Shown: one piece after another, positions 27,815-38,292 of the stretch
How the letters are laid out: each line of letters starts with the position of its first letter
How positions within the stretch are numbered: the stretch's first letter is position 1
Assembly (NCBI GenBank): GCA_002430735.1
Contig: DJCV01000011.1
Location: 19,612-83,611, forward strand
From: Candidatus Woesebacteria bacterium UBA5941
GTDB lineage: Bacteria > Patescibacteriota > Microgenomatia > UBA8517
Direction: 5' to 3'
DNA length: 64,000 nucleotides
Made by a program: the position numbers and the translations under genes
The notes under the pieces: generated by a model
Seen by the model: only the letters and a program-made list of their open reading frames with translations
Told to the model about the DNA's origin: nothing
Databases searched by the model: none

Positions 27815-28423
27815 TTACCGACCGTCTCTTTTTGGTGCGTTATCTAAACTTTTCCACAAGTATCGAGAAGCATACGTTCGATACGGACTCCATTTCTCAA
27901 CAATTAATTGCATGGATGCAATGTCATCACGATCAATGCCATAGAGCTTTGCAATAGCACTTCTAAGTCCCAAGTCTCCATAAGAGAATACATCCTCTCT
28001 CCCTAAGCTAAACATCAGAATCATTTCAGCGGTCCATGGTCCGATTCCCTTCACTTTTGTAAGGGTGTCGATCACCTCTTTATCAGAAAGTGTTGGTAAC
28101 AATTCGAGATCTACTTCACGATCTGTAATCATTTGTGCGAGTCCTTTTATATATTTCACTTTTGAGTATGAAACACCCACTCCACGAATTTCCTCATCAG
28201 TTAATTGCAATACATGTTTTGGAGTAATTTTTTTCCTACCAAAAAGTAGCTTAAAACGATTCCAAATAGTGTCTGCTGCTTTCGTCGAGAGCTGTTGACC
28301 AACAATACTGCTCACAATATCTGAAAAAAGATCTGTTGTTGGGATGGGTGCTGGGAGTACATCGTAATCGTTCATTACTGCTGCCAGGATTTTGTCCTTT
28401 TGTAAATGTGAACGATAGTTCAT
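27815..28423 (-). CDS. DNA-3-methyladenine glycosylase II (AlkA/HhH-GPD family)
   Basis: SIVGQQLS, HhH VKGIGPWTAE, GDLG, WSPYRT. Confidence 0.92.
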   Translation of the reverse strand: MNYRSHLQKDKILAAVMNDYDVLPAPIPTTDLFSDIVSSIVGQQLSTKAADTIWNRFKLLFGRKKITPKHVLQLTDEEIRGVGVSYSKVKYIKGLAQMITDREVDLELLPTLSDKEVIDTLTKVKGIGPWTAEMILMFSLGREDVFSYGDLGLRSAIAKLYGIDRDDIASMQLIVEKWSPYRTYASRYLWKSLDNAPKRDGR

Positions 28424-28839
28424 TTAGAGAGAAGATGTGGAACAATTGAAACTACGAGTGCGGTTACCGTTCCACAAAGAACAGCACCCCAGATAATGTC
28501 TATAAACGCAATTTTGACGCTCCAATTATTGAGCGTAGCAAGGTTCGTTAAATCATAGACCGCATATGTTAATGCTCCAAAGAGAGCACCCCAAAGAAAT
28601 GCTTCAGTCATAGGCTTGCCCATCACTTTCGGAATGACAAATAAACAAAGCGCAAGAGGTATCACTATATATACTAAAATGGCTGGCGCCCACAGTGGCG
28701 ATAACGTTCCCTGCGCATTCTTTCTCATCAAATGCCCAATTTCCTGCAGATATAATTTATTTGCAATAAATCCGAGCCAAACCCCATCAATGATGAGAGT
28801 AATAATGGTTGTTACAGCAAAAACTACAATGCCATTCAT
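28420..28839 (-). CDS. DUF2177 family membrane protein
   Basis: DGVWLG, YAVYDLTNLATL, DIIWG. Confidence 0.85.
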   Translation of the reverse strand: MNGIVVFAVTTIITLIIDGVWLGFIANKLYLQEIGHLMRKNAQGTLSPLWAPAILVYIVIPLALCLFVIPKVMGKPMTEAFLWGALFGALTYAVYDLTNLATLNNWSVKIAFIDIIWGAVLCGTVTALVVSIVPHLLSK

Positions 28840-28987
28840 ACTGCATTATACCAACTATTTCATTGCTTTTTTGAATATTTATTTATCCCGTACACACGAC
28901 ACTTATAGTTCACTCCAGACTCACTATTACACACTTGAATTTGTTGTAAATTCCTTTTACATTTAATAAAGAAATGAGGTGAGTTGA

Positions 28988-29113
28988 ATGCCTGCCAAAA
29001 AACGAAAACCAGCTACTAAGAAAAAGGTTGTTAAAAAAGCCGTTAAAAAGGTGAACAAACGAACGGTCAAAAGAACCACCAAGAAAAAAGCTACTAAGAA
29101 AAAGAAAAAGTAA
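28988..29113 (+). CDS. 41-aa Lys-rich histone-H1-like small basic protein (not in the ORF track)
   Basis: MPAKKRKPATKKKVVKKAVKKVNKRTVKRTTKKKATKKKKK; SD GAGGTGA upstream; terminator downstream. Confidence 0.8.
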   Translation: MPAKKRKPATKKKVVKKAVKKVNKRTVKRTTKKKATKKKKK

Positions 29114-29132
29114 TGGTTTTTTATAAAGAAAG

Positions 29133-29159
29133 AGAGCGCTGTACGTAAGCGCTCTTTTT
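29133..29159 (+). terminator. Intrinsic terminator, possibly bidirectional
   Basis: AGAGCGCT-7-AGCGCTCT followed by TTTT; A-rich upstream. Confidence 0.75.
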
Positions 29160-29195
29160 CGTGTGCGTTATATATGAAGAATGAAAATTACCTAC

Positions 29196-30128
29196 TTATC
29201 CTCGCTTTTGAAAGCGTTTGTTTAGCAAGTAGAGAATGAGAAGAACTGGCACCCAAACCACTGCATAAACTGCAAACCAAATACCCATGCTGCCTAGAGC
29301 TCTCAAATGGGTAATCAACGATCTTATTGCAAGCTTAAAGATAACCTGTGGCCTAAAAGTCTCACTCGGTGCATACGGAAGTGCAATTTCATCTGTTGAT
29401 AAATAAATCGTAATTTTTGCAAGCTTTGCATTTTCTTCTAGTGATTGTTGCCTTCCTTTTAATGCATCAATTTGAGACTGAATACTAATTAGCTCTCTCG
29501 TTATATTTGTAAGGTCCGAAATAACTGTTGCTTGAGAGAGAATATCTTCCATTGCAGCCTTTGTCTTTTCCAACGTCTCGATACGTGCTTCAACATCTAC
29601 ATACTGATCAGTTACATCTGTTCCCACCAAGTTCTCAGAGACAACTTTAATACTCCAACCGCGCAAAGTGTCGAGTGTTGATTCCAATTTATCACTGGGA
29701 ATACGAATAGTAATGGTACCCGTTGGAGCATCCTGAGGATTATTTGTCTCTGCATTCACCATATATCCACCATTGGCGACAGCGTGATCAATAACCTTTT
29801 TTCGTGTTTCAACCACATTTTCTACGAGCAAAGAAAGGTAGCTGTTCTGGATCACTAACCGATCGGTTATTTGTGGGGTTGGTGCATAGCTATCTGGAGC
29901 AGGGAAACCGATCGAGCCAACTGCTGAGGCTTTCATATCCATATCAGTCGTACCGTATGGCATAGATTCGACAGTCATTGAAGGGCTCACCTGTCTATTC
30001 AAAGTAGCACTTTGCATTGGCATAATAGTTACACCTAAAAAGTAGCGAACTAGGAAATATGCAACAAACAGAAGTAGTACGGTACTTAATTTATGAGTTT
30101 TGATCCAATCAAGTAAACGAGTGACCAC
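29196..30128 (-). CDS. DUF4349 domain membrane protein
   Basis: GGYMV, TIRIP, DVTDQYVDVEARI, C-terminal TM. Confidence 0.88.
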   Translation of the reverse strand: MVTRLLDWIKTHKLSTVLLLFVAYFLVRYFLGVTIMPMQSATLNRQVSPSMTVESMPYGTTDMDMKASAVGSIGFPAPDSYAPTPQITDRLVIQNSYLSLLVENVVETRKKVIDHAVANGGYMVNAETNNPQDAPTGTITIRIPSDKLESTLDTLRGWSIKVVSENLVGTDVTDQYVDVEARIETLEKTKAAMEDILSQATVISDLTNITRELISIQSQIDALKGRQQSLEENAKLAKITIYLSTDEIALPYAPSETFRPQVIFKLAIRSLITHLRALGSMGIWFAVYAVVWVPVLLILYLLNKRFQKRG

Positions 30129-30181
30129 ATTTCAAGCATAATGATCTGAGAAATAGATGTCAACGGAGGAGCTCGATCACA

Positions 30182-32887
30182 CTAGCGAGGTAACTGTGGA
30201 AAATGACATTTTTTCCACTTTTTTCCACTTCCACACCAGCACGGATCATTTCGTCCCATCTTGTTCTTTTTTTCACCAGGCCCTGTTTTCCCAACAGTAT
30301 TAAGTCTTCTTGTTGCATCATCAATCAATCCCATGCTATCGGAAGTGTCAATATTTGTTACAGCGCTTGCAATCGGTATCTCCTGAGGAGCTTGCGCAAT
30401 TCCTACCCTGAATATTCGTAATGCCAGTTCACGATCAATCCGTTCAACCAAGGCTTCAAATAACTCAAAGGCTTCATTTTTAAATTCGACCAGCGGATCT
30501 CTTTGCCCTACGCCTCTCAGTCTCACGGCATCTCGCAATCCGTCAATGTGATCAATATGCTCAATCCAATGTCTATCAAGAGCTCCTAAATATGCGAACC
30601 GTTCAATCTCACGCATTGCAGGTTCTCCAATTTGTTTTTCCCGAGAGTCGTATGCTTGTGTAATAACACCTTTCATAAATTCAGAAAGTTTTTCTTTATC
30701 CTTCATGCCCTCCATTTGCTTCTTAATCTCATGTCGAGAATGATCGTCAAAAGGCACAATTTCAGAAAGTTCGACAGACATCTTTTCGTAATCAGGAGCC
30801 TCATCAAATTCCGGCCAAGTGAGAATCATAATACGATCAACCTGCTCATGTAACTTTCTTATGATTTCTTCCTTCAGGTTTTCAGCACTCAGTAATCGCT
30901 TTCGTAAGGAATAAATGATTTCCCGTTCTTGATTTGCAACGTCATCGTATTCAACTGTCTGTTTTCTTGCATCAAAGTGGAACCCTTCTACCTTTACCTG
31001 TGCTTGTTCAATTGCCTTTGAGATTAACCCGTTTTCAATAGGCTGATCTTCAGGAAGTTTTAATCGATCCATTAAATTCTTGATTTGCTCTCCACCGAAG
31101 ATTCGCATCAAATCGTCCTCGAGAGATAAATAGAACTTTGTTGAGCCAGGGTCACCTTGTCGTCCACTTCGTCCACGAAGCTGATTATCAATACGACGAC
31201 TTTCGTGTCGTTCTGTTCCAATAACATGGAGTCCTCCTGATGCGACCACTGCGTGATGTGCCTTCTCCCATTCCACATATGCTTTCGATTTTTTCCACTT
31301 TTCCATATCCATTTCTTCTTTCTTTTCTGGCTGTGATCCACCGAGGATGATATCGACTCCACGTCCGGCCATGTTCGTTGCAACGGTAACCGCTCCTGGT
31401 TTTCCAGCATCTGCTAATATGAGTGCCTCTTGCTCGTGATTTTTAGCATTCAACACGTTGTGAGGAATTTTCTTGTGTTTTAAATACTCACTAATAATTT
31501 CATTCTTTTCAATTGAAGTGGTACCAACCAAAACGGGTTGTCCTTTTTTGTGGCGTTGAATGATTTCATCACCAACTGCAGTGTATTTTGCTCGCACTGT
31601 TTTATAAATCGCGTCGCCTTCGTCTTTTCTCACATTGTTTCTATGCGTTGGGATAACAACGACATTTAATTTATAAATCTTTTTAAACTCAGCTGCCTCG
31701 GTTGCTGCAGTACCTGTCATACCAGCCAAGTGATCATACATTCGGAAATAATTTTGGAATGAAATGGTTGCCAGTGTTTTACTTTCCTGTTGAATTGGCA
31801 CTCCTTCTTTTGCTTCAACTGATTGGTGAATACCGTCGCTCCATCGTCTTCCTGGCATTAGCCGTCCGGTAAACTCATCGACGATAACAACCTGATTATC
31901 CTTGACCACATACTCGCGATCACGAAGATAAAGTGTCTTTGCACGGAGAGCGTTTTCAATGTGGTGAATCGTCTCAAAATCTTTTTCGTATAGATTTGTC
32001 ACTTTCAGCAGTTTTTCAACTTTGGCGATACCATGTTCGGTGAGTGTTGCACTTCTCATCTTTTCATCAATCACATAATCAGTTTCGTCTGATAATTTTT
32101 CGATTAATTTTGCGAATGTGTAGTATTTATCGGTTGGCTCACTGTCAGGAGCTGAAATAATAAGTGGAGTACGTGCTTCATCAATTAACACTGAATCAAC
32201 TTCGTCAACAATTGCAAAGTAATGTCCGCGCTGGGACATATCTGAAACCGCAGACACCATGTTGTCTCTCAAGTAGTCGAATCCGTATTCGTTGTTTGTC
32301 CCATATGTCACATCAGCCGCATATGCTTCTTTTCGTGAAACTGGTTTTAAGTGGGCTAACCGCTCGTCGCCATGACTGGTATCGTTGTGATGTGGGTCAA
32401 AAATATAACTTCGTTGTTCTTGAGAAATAACTCCCACGCTCATACCCAAGAGCGCAAATGTTGGTGCATTCCACCCGGCGTCACGACGAGCAAGGTAATC
32501 GTTGACGGTTACTAAATGAACTCCCCGACCAGTGAGCGCACGTAAATATAATGCAGGGACAGCTGAGAGTGTTTTTCCTTCTCCTGTTTTCTGCTCGGCA
32601 ACGTTGCCGCTGAACAGTGCTGCAGCAGCCATTAATTGAACGTCATAATGTTTTAATCCAATTGCGCGGAAGCTCGCATAACGTACGAGAGAAAATGCTT
32701 CTGGCATAATGTCTTCAAGCTTTTCGCCTTTTGCGAGACGTGCTTTTAATTTTGCCGTTTCTTTGGGGAAATCACTGAGTTTCAACTTCTCATGTGCTTT
32801 GTCAAAGGAGTTAACCCGAGCAACAATTGCTTCGAGTCGTTTCACTTCGCGAACATTGGTATCCAAAATACGAGAGAGGAACTTCAT
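30182..32887 (-). CDS. secA: Preprotein translocase SecA
   Basis: TGEGKT, DEVDS, ATNMAGRG, RIDNQLRGRSGRQGDPG, SEC-C motif GRNDPCWCGSGKKWKKCH. Confidence 0.99.
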   Translation of the reverse strand: MKFLSRILDTNVREVKRLEAIVARVNSFDKAHEKLKLSDFPKETAKLKARLAKGEKLEDIMPEAFSLVRYASFRAIGLKHYDVQLMAAAALFSGNVAEQKTGEGKTLSAVPALYLRALTGRGVHLVTVNDYLARRDAGWNAPTFALLGMSVGVISQEQRSYIFDPHHNDTSHGDERLAHLKPVSRKEAYAADVTYGTNNEYGFDYLRDNMVSAVSDMSQRGHYFAIVDEVDSVLIDEARTPLIISAPDSEPTDKYYTFAKLIEKLSDETDYVIDEKMRSATLTEHGIAKVEKLLKVTNLYEKDFETIHHIENALRAKTLYLRDREYVVKDNQVVIVDEFTGRLMPGRRWSDGIHQSVEAKEGVPIQQESKTLATISFQNYFRMYDHLAGMTGTAATEAAEFKKIYKLNVVVIPTHRNNVRKDEGDAIYKTVRAKYTAVGDEIIQRHKKGQPVLVGTTSIEKNEIISEYLKHKKIPHNVLNAKNHEQEALILADAGKPGAVTVATNMAGRGVDIILGGSQPEKKEEMDMEKWKKSKAYVEWEKAHHAVVASGGLHVIGTERHESRRIDNQLRGRSGRQGDPGSTKFYLSLEDDLMRIFGGEQIKNLMDRLKLPEDQPIENGLISKAIEQAQVKVEGFHFDARKQTVEYDDVANQEREIIYSLRKRLLSAENLKEEIIRKLHEQVDRIMILTWPEFDEAPDYEKMSVELSEIVPFDDHSRHEIKKQMEGMKDKEKLSEFMKGVITQAYDSREKQIGEPAMREIERFAYLGALDRHWIEHIDHIDGLRDAVRLRGVGQRDPLVEFKNEAFELFEALVERIDRELALRIFRVGIAQAPQEIPIASAVTNIDTSDSMGLIDDATRRLNTVGKTGPGEKKNKMGRNDPCWCGSGKKWKKCHFPQLPR

Positions 32888-32945
32888 ACGCTAGTAAGCA
32901 TTTTAGCAGACAGAGTGCTAAATGTGGAGTATAGCTTAACCTGCA

Positions 32946-33518
32946 CTACATGATTTGTCGAGTAATGAGATCAGAAAATGCAACGACCATAAAAATACTA
33001 ATTACATCGAGCAAAAAGACAGTGACCGCAAATCGAACTGTCTTTATTTTCGATACCCCCATTAATGAAACCCCAAGCTCATCAGGAAGTGGTGAGGCAA
33101 TGATGAAAGCTCCTAATACAGGAACCACCCAGGAAAAGGCTTTGAGTCTCAATACTTTTGAAATATGTCTCCCTCCAAACCGACGATAGATATCAAACAA
33201 CTCACCACTCAAATTGTCGCGAACAAAGCGAAAGATCAGATAATCACTCATAAGCGACCCTAAACTTGCCACGATGACCACAAGGAAAATGTTATAGCTG
33301 GGAGCAAGAAGTAATAGTGTTAAGAGTCCTGCTGAAAACGTGAATGCTGAAACATATAATGCTCCACCAATAAATATTCCAACCAGACCCATTACACTCA
33401 AGAAATCGGTTAGTTTTGGGAGGAGTGGAGAGAGTGAAAACAAAGTAACAGCAAGAAAGCATATGTAAGCGATCAATAAGTGCGTATATCGAAACCTACG
33501 CTTTCTTCTTTTGGGCAT
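32946..33518 (-). CDS. Multi-pass membrane protein (DedA/VTT-like)
   Basis: Five hydrophobic segments; GSLMSDYLIFRF, IIASPLPDELG. Confidence 0.7.
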   Translation of the reverse strand: MPKRRKRRFRYTHLLIAYICFLAVTLFSLSPLLPKLTDFLSVMGLVGIFIGGALYVSAFTFSAGLLTLLLLAPSYNIFLVVIVASLGSLMSDYLIFRFVRDNLSGELFDIYRRFGGRHISKVLRLKAFSWVVPVLGAFIIASPLPDELGVSLMGVSKIKTVRFAVTVFLLDVISIFMVVAFSDLITRQIM

Positions 33519-33532
33519 ACACTTACTATACT

Positions 33533-33563
33533 AAAAAAAGAGCGGGAGGTGCATGCACCTCCC
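33533..33563 (-). terminator. Intrinsic terminator of the orphan gene 33575-33925
   Basis: Perfect palindrome GGGAGGTGCATGCACCTCCC, then GCTC and T7 on the minus strand. Confidence 0.75.
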
Positions 33564-33574
33564 TGTTGGCAGTG

Positions 33575-33925
33575 CTATGGTCGAGCTGTTGCCTGTTGCA
33601 GGTACATAGTTTCAAGGCTTGTCAGTGTTTCGTCGAGAGTTTCAATATCGGTGTCTATAATTTTCAGTGTCACTGGGTATTCCTTAATGCCACTTTGCAG
33701 AATCCTACTCAACGACAATTCTACATCGCGCAGCTTGCCAAAAATCAAAAAGGTGGTTTCATGCAGATCGTGGTTTACAACCTTGCGGTCTGCACCAATC
33801 CCTTCTTTGCTAGCATCTGCAAGCGAGCCAGCACGTATCCAGAGTGCTGCGACTTGATCACTTAACGACCAACTCGTATTTAGGTTATCCATCATACCCT
33901 CCAGATTATTTTTCTGATGGTGCAT
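33575..33925 (-). CDS. Orphan helical protein
   Basis: SD GGAGG upstream, terminator downstream, amphipathic helices. Confidence 0.6.
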   Translation of the reverse strand: MHHQKNNLEGMMDNLNTSWSLSDQVAALWIRAGSLADASKEGIGADRKVVNHDLHETTFLIFGKLRDVELSLSRILQSGIKEYPVTLKIIDTDIETLDETLTSLETMYLQQATARP

Positions 33926-34021
33926 TTTATCATTTCCTCCACCTCAAGTCGAGCGTGGCCACCTCGAGAAACAAGAACTGCTTCATTTTTTTAATAAACG
34001 GAGTTATGATATGAACTACAG

Positions 34022-34501
34022 ATGGCAACACGACATAAAAAAGTAGAAACAGAACCTCGATCAACTATTTTGTATCGTTCAGAAACAAATAAAGTGTTTG
34101 GCGGAGTATGTGGCGGGTTAGGCGAAGTATTTCAACTCGACCCGACTCTCATCAGAGCTTTATTTGCAGTTGCATTTTTGTTTGGTGGAACAGGACTCCT
34201 CTTTTATCTAATTCTCTGGATTGTAATCCCTTCTGAATCAAAACTCTCTCAATCTTCTGATGTAAATATTAGGGAAAATTTTGACGAGATGAAAGAGAGA
34301 GCACAAAGTTTTACTAAAGACCTGGGTGGCACAAATGACAATTCTCGCAATACCCTTGGAATACTGCTCGTCTTACTCGGGATATTTTTCTTAATGGGGA
34401 ACTTCGGATTCTCTCACTTATTCAATTTCCAGAGAACGTGGCCTGTTTTATTTATTGTTGTTGGTTTTGTGTTCCTCACTCAAAAGAGAAATCGGAAGTA
34501 A
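34022..34501 (+). CDS. PspC domain protein with C-terminal LiaF/DUF5668-like TM pair
   Basis: LYRSETNKVFGGVCGGLGE, YLILWIVIP, WPVLFI. Confidence 0.9.
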   Translation: MATRHKKVETEPRSTILYRSETNKVFGGVCGGLGEVFQLDPTLIRALFAVAFLFGGTGLLFYLILWIVIPSESKLSQSSDVNIRENFDEMKERAQSFTKDLGGTNDNSRNTLGILLVLLGIFFLMGNFGFSHLFNFQRTWPVLFIVVGFVFLTQKRNRK

Positions 34502-35146
34502 AGAACAAAGGTACACAACGTTCGCCTCAGGAAACACTTCAACAACGTGAGGAAATACTGTTTTTAATCTCTTAAAATATGCTTCCGCAATTTTTCGATT
34601 TGGTCCATCGTATAGTCGGTTAATTAATACCATTCCGTTTTTAGACACGGCTTTTTTTAGATTTTTTATAAAGGCATCACTATTAAATTTCTGTGGAAAC
34701 TCTTCACCAACATAGGTGTCCACACAAATTAAGTCATATTTTGTGGTTGGGGTTTTTTCGATAAACGCATAAGCATCACCAATCACTTCGTGAACTCGCA
34801 GTTTATTTAATCCTAAATACTGCTTTCCTAACTCTACAATCACTGGATCAATATCAACACCCGTAATGTGAGATGTTTTCCAATGCTTCCTAATAATACG
34901 GGCAGCAGTCCCACCACCTAACCCTAATATCAGGACGCGTCCAAATTGAAGATCAGCCTTTTGTAATTTAGACAAGCTTTCTTTCCACACAGTCTCAACA
35001 GGGCCACCAACCTGCCACAATCCTCCACCCATTATTTGATATCCGGCATAGGTGTCCCACTTCACTTCAAGTGTTCCGTTAATCGGTGACTCTATTGTTT
35101 TCAGAGTTACTGACCCTTCTCGTAAAAATTCAACTATTTTGTTCAT
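34448..35146 (-). CDS. Spermidine-synthase-like SAM-dependent methyltransferase
   Basis: ILGLGGGT, VDIDPVIV, GDA, YDLICVD; likely start 35146; 3' end overlaps pspC convergently. Confidence 0.8.
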   Translation of the reverse strand: MNKIVEFLREGSVTLKTIESPINGTLEVKWDTYAGYQIMGGGLWQVGGPVETVWKESLSKLQKADLQFGRVLILGLGGGTAARIIRKHWKTSHITGVDIDPVIVELGKQYLGLNKLRVHEVIGDAYAFIEKTPTTKYDLICVDTYVGEEFPQKFNSDAFIKNLKKAVSKNGMVLINRLYDGPNRKIAEAYFKRLKTVFPHVVEVFPEANVVYLCSLLPISLLSEEHKTNNNK

Positions 35147-35162
35147 AAGATGAAAGATTGTA

Positions 35163-36980
35163 TCACTTGTACCCTTTTGCTTGGAGGTCAAATAGATCTT
35201 TATACTTACCTTTTTTCTGGAGGAGCGCTTTATGTGTTCCATACTCAAGAACTTTTCCATTAGCCATAAGCAAGATTTGATCGGCGATGCGCACTGTTGA
35301 AAAACGTTGTGTTACGAAAATCAGGATTTTTTGTGTAGCCAGTCGCTTTAACTCTTTAAAGATTTGCTCCTCAGCTTCAGGATCAACGCTACTGGTCGGT
35401 TCATCCATAACAATAACCTCAGCATGTTTTCGAAATAGCATTCGTGAAATACCGATGCGTTGCCATTGCCCTATTGAAGGCCTGGTTCCATGTTTAAATT
35501 CGGGAGACAATGGCGTTTCATATTTCATTGGAAGTTTCTCGATATAGCTATTTATGCCGGTTCGTTTCGCTGCGTTTTCAATTTCCTCAATATTTTCAAT
35601 GCTCTCAATATCGCCATATCCAATTGATTCATGAGCGGAGAACGGATATGTCTCAAACTCCTGAAATAAAATTGCCAACCGCGCTCGCCATTGTGAAGCT
35701 GAATACTCCTTTAGGTTAGTTCCATTTATGTAGATGTCGCCTTTATCAGGATCATAGAAACGTGCGAGTAACTTTAACAAAGTAGACTTTCCTGATCCAT
35801 TAGTTCCGACAATTGCTAAATGCTCATTTTGTTTGATCAATAAACTAATCCCACGCAAGGTATATCGTTGTCCTTTTTTGTAGCGGAACCAAACATCCTT
35901 AAACTCTATTGTTTCAACGACATCTGGAGGTGCGAGACCTTCGTCGAGTTTTATAGTCGGCTCAAGTTTTAAGAGCCACACTAAGTCCGACACATACATA
36001 TAGTTTTCATAAATGCTAATAAGGGAGCTCGCCAAGCCTTGGAACTCACCTTCTACCCGTCTTAATGCTTGGTAATACAATTGAAAAGACCCAACACTCA
36101 AGGATTTTGTAAGCACTAAGAATGCCATCCAGATGGTGAGCCCCGCATCAAAAATATCCAGTGGAATAAAACTCGCGACTGTAGCCTTCTCCCAATCCCA
36201 ATCAAACTGTGCCCGTTTGTCTAAAATCTTTCGCGCATTCGTTTCGTACTTACCAGACAAATGAGGAATTAAGTTTAATAACTTTAATTCCATATAACTT
36301 CTATTTCGCAGCAAGTAATAGTTCAACCAACCTTGCGTTTTCTGAAGCGGAGCAAGCTCTGTTGAAAGGTTGTATTGTTTCTTAATTAGCCGAGAGTTTA
36401 CGAATATTCGAGGAAATGAAGAGAGCACAACTCCCAGTGCGACTAATGGACTTAAGGTGACCAAAATTGCAACTGCTGAGATTAACGAGACAACGCTTCC
36501 GGGTATATCTGCGAGTGGACCAATTAATTGATATGCTCTCCCTGACTCTTCATCAATTTTTGTGTATCGATCTTTAAAACTAGGGCTCTCAATTGTCTTC
36601 AAATCGAGTTCAGATAGCTTCCGCGACACCAGTAGATGAAGTTTAGAATTAAACCCGCGTACTAAAATCGCCTGCATAAATCGACTTGCACGGTTGATCA
36701 GAATTTGAATAAAGCTTAAGGTAACAGAACCAGCAATTAAGAGTGTTAGAAGCTGCATTACTTGAGGAAACGTGTCTGAAGTTGCTCCTTGAATCAAGGT
36801 ATCGATGATAATCTTTTGGAGTAAAAGTGTCGGGGTTACGAGCAGTCCAGATAAAATGTTAATAGCAAATACTGCCACAAGAAATTTTGGCTGAATCTGA
36901 AATGCTAATTTTGCAATCTCTCGAAATGTGAAGATGAACTGACGGACGCGGCCTGCCGACTTTCGAGATAATTCACGCAT
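35163..36980 (-). CDS. ABC transporter, fused permease-ATPase exporter
   Basis: N-terminal TMD; GTNGSGKST, SIGQWQR signature variant, MDEPTS. Confidence 0.92.
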   Translation of the reverse strand: MRELSRKSAGRVRQFIFTFREIAKLAFQIQPKFLVAVFAINILSGLLVTPTLLLQKIIIDTLIQGATSDTFPQVMQLLTLLIAGSVTLSFIQILINRASRFMQAILVRGFNSKLHLLVSRKLSELDLKTIESPSFKDRYTKIDEESGRAYQLIGPLADIPGSVVSLISAVAILVTLSPLVALGVVLSSFPRIFVNSRLIKKQYNLSTELAPLQKTQGWLNYYLLRNRSYMELKLLNLIPHLSGKYETNARKILDKRAQFDWDWEKATVASFIPLDIFDAGLTIWMAFLVLTKSLSVGSFQLYYQALRRVEGEFQGLASSLISIYENYMYVSDLVWLLKLEPTIKLDEGLAPPDVVETIEFKDVWFRYKKGQRYTLRGISLLIKQNEHLAIVGTNGSGKSTLLKLLARFYDPDKGDIYINGTNLKEYSASQWRARLAILFQEFETYPFSAHESIGYGDIESIENIEEIENAAKRTGINSYIEKLPMKYETPLSPEFKHGTRPSIGQWQRIGISRMLFRKHAEVIVMDEPTSSVDPEAEEQIFKELKRLATQKILIFVTQRFSTVRIADQILLMANGKVLEYGTHKALLQKKGKYKDLFDLQAKGYK

Positions 36981-37038
36981 GATTCATTCTATCAAAATTC
37001 ACATTCGGTTTTTGTTTGGTTTGTGATATATTTATGAT

Positions 37039-38199
37039 ATGGACAAGCCATTAGCAGAACTATTGAGACCAGAATTGCTTTCTCAGTACATTGGGCAGGA
37101 ACAGTTAACGGGCTCTGGAAAAATTATCCCAAAGCTTATAGAAGGTGCACAAAGAAATGGCTTCTTTCCTTCAATTATTCTCTGGGGTCCCCCTGGCGTT
37201 GGAAAAACCACACTTGCACGAATCATTGCGTATGAAATTAAAAAGCCATTTCATGAATTTAGTGCAGTGAGCGCTTCAGCTAAGGAAATTCAGAAAGCAT
37301 TAGCTGCACATTTAGGAGAAACACCCGTTGTTTTTATTGACGAAATTCATCGATTTAATAAAGCGCAGCAAGACAAACTCCTCCCTTTTGTTGAAAAAGG
37401 CGAAATGATTTTCATTGGTGCAACAACCGAAAACCCTTCCTTTGAAGTAATACGCCCGCTTCTTTCACGGAGTCGGGTGCTTGTCTTGCAAGAACTAACA
37501 AATGAGAACTTATTGGAAGTTTTAAAAAGAGGGCTTTCCCATATCAAAAAAACGATTTCAAAAGAGGCACAGGACTTTTTGCTGGATAGCGCAAACGGAG
37601 ATGCTCGCACACTTCTAAACGTCTTGGAAATTGCAGGACACATGGCTGAGAAGAAGGAATTGGTTCTAGCAGATATTGAGCAGGCATTGCAGAGAAGATC
37701 AATTGGATTTGATAAGCAAGGTGATGAGCATTACAACATTATTTCAGCATTTATCAAAAGTATGAGAGCAAGCCAGACGGATGCAGCTCTCTACTATCTC
37801 GCGCGAATGGTTGAGGCAGGACAAGACCCGTTATATATTGCAAGGCGTATGGTGATCTTTGCATCTGAAGATATCGGTATGGCACAACCAACAGCTCTGG
37901 TTGTCGCAAATGAGGTGTTTCGCTCATGCGAGGTGATCGGTTACCCGGAATGTGCAATTAATCTCGCACATGGCGTCGTCTATTTGTCTGTAGCGAAAAA
38001 GGATCGACGGGTATACGATGGATTACGCGCGGCTCAAGCGGATGTACAAAGTTTTGGGAATTTGCCAATTCCTTTAAAAGTAAGAAACGCTCCAACAAAA
38101 CTCATGAAAGACTTAGATTATGGAAAGTCGTATGAAATGTATGACACTGAAAGTTATCTCCCAGACAAGATAAAAACCAAGAAATACTTCAAAAAATAA
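37039..38199 (+). CDS. rarA: Replication-associated recombination protein RarA/MgsA
   Basis: PLAELLRP, WGPPGVGKTT, DEIHRFNKAQQD, GATTENPSF, ASEDIG. Confidence 0.95.
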   Translation: MDKPLAELLRPELLSQYIGQEQLTGSGKIIPKLIEGAQRNGFFPSIILWGPPGVGKTTLARIIAYEIKKPFHEFSAVSASAKEIQKALAAHLGETPVVFIDEIHRFNKAQQDKLLPFVEKGEMIFIGATTENPSFEVIRPLLSRSRVLVLQELTNENLLEVLKRGLSHIKKTISKEAQDFLLDSANGDARTLLNVLEIAGHMAEKKELVLADIEQALQRRSIGFDKQGDEHYNIISAFIKSMRASQTDAALYYLARMVEAGQDPLYIARRMVIFASEDIGMAQPTALVVANEVFRSCEVIGYPECAINLAHGVVYLSVAKKDRRVYDGLRAAQADVQSFGNLPIPLKVRNAPTKLMKDLDYGKSYEMYDTESYLPDKIKTKKYFKK

Positions 38200-38206
38200 T
38201 TATTGG

Positions 38207-38287
38207 TTGCAATCATTATTTTTGAACGGTAAAATTCTCCCATCCTGATGCGGTCATCGTAGTCAGGCAAAGTTCCTTTACAGGAGG
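38207..38287 (+). promoter_or_regulatory. Sigma70 promoter, 5' hairpin and SD of an orphan cassette
   Basis: TTGCAA(38207-12)-17-TAAAAT(38230-35); CCTGA..TCAGG stem; CAGGAGG. Confidence 0.6.
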
Positions 38288-38292
38288 TTTCT

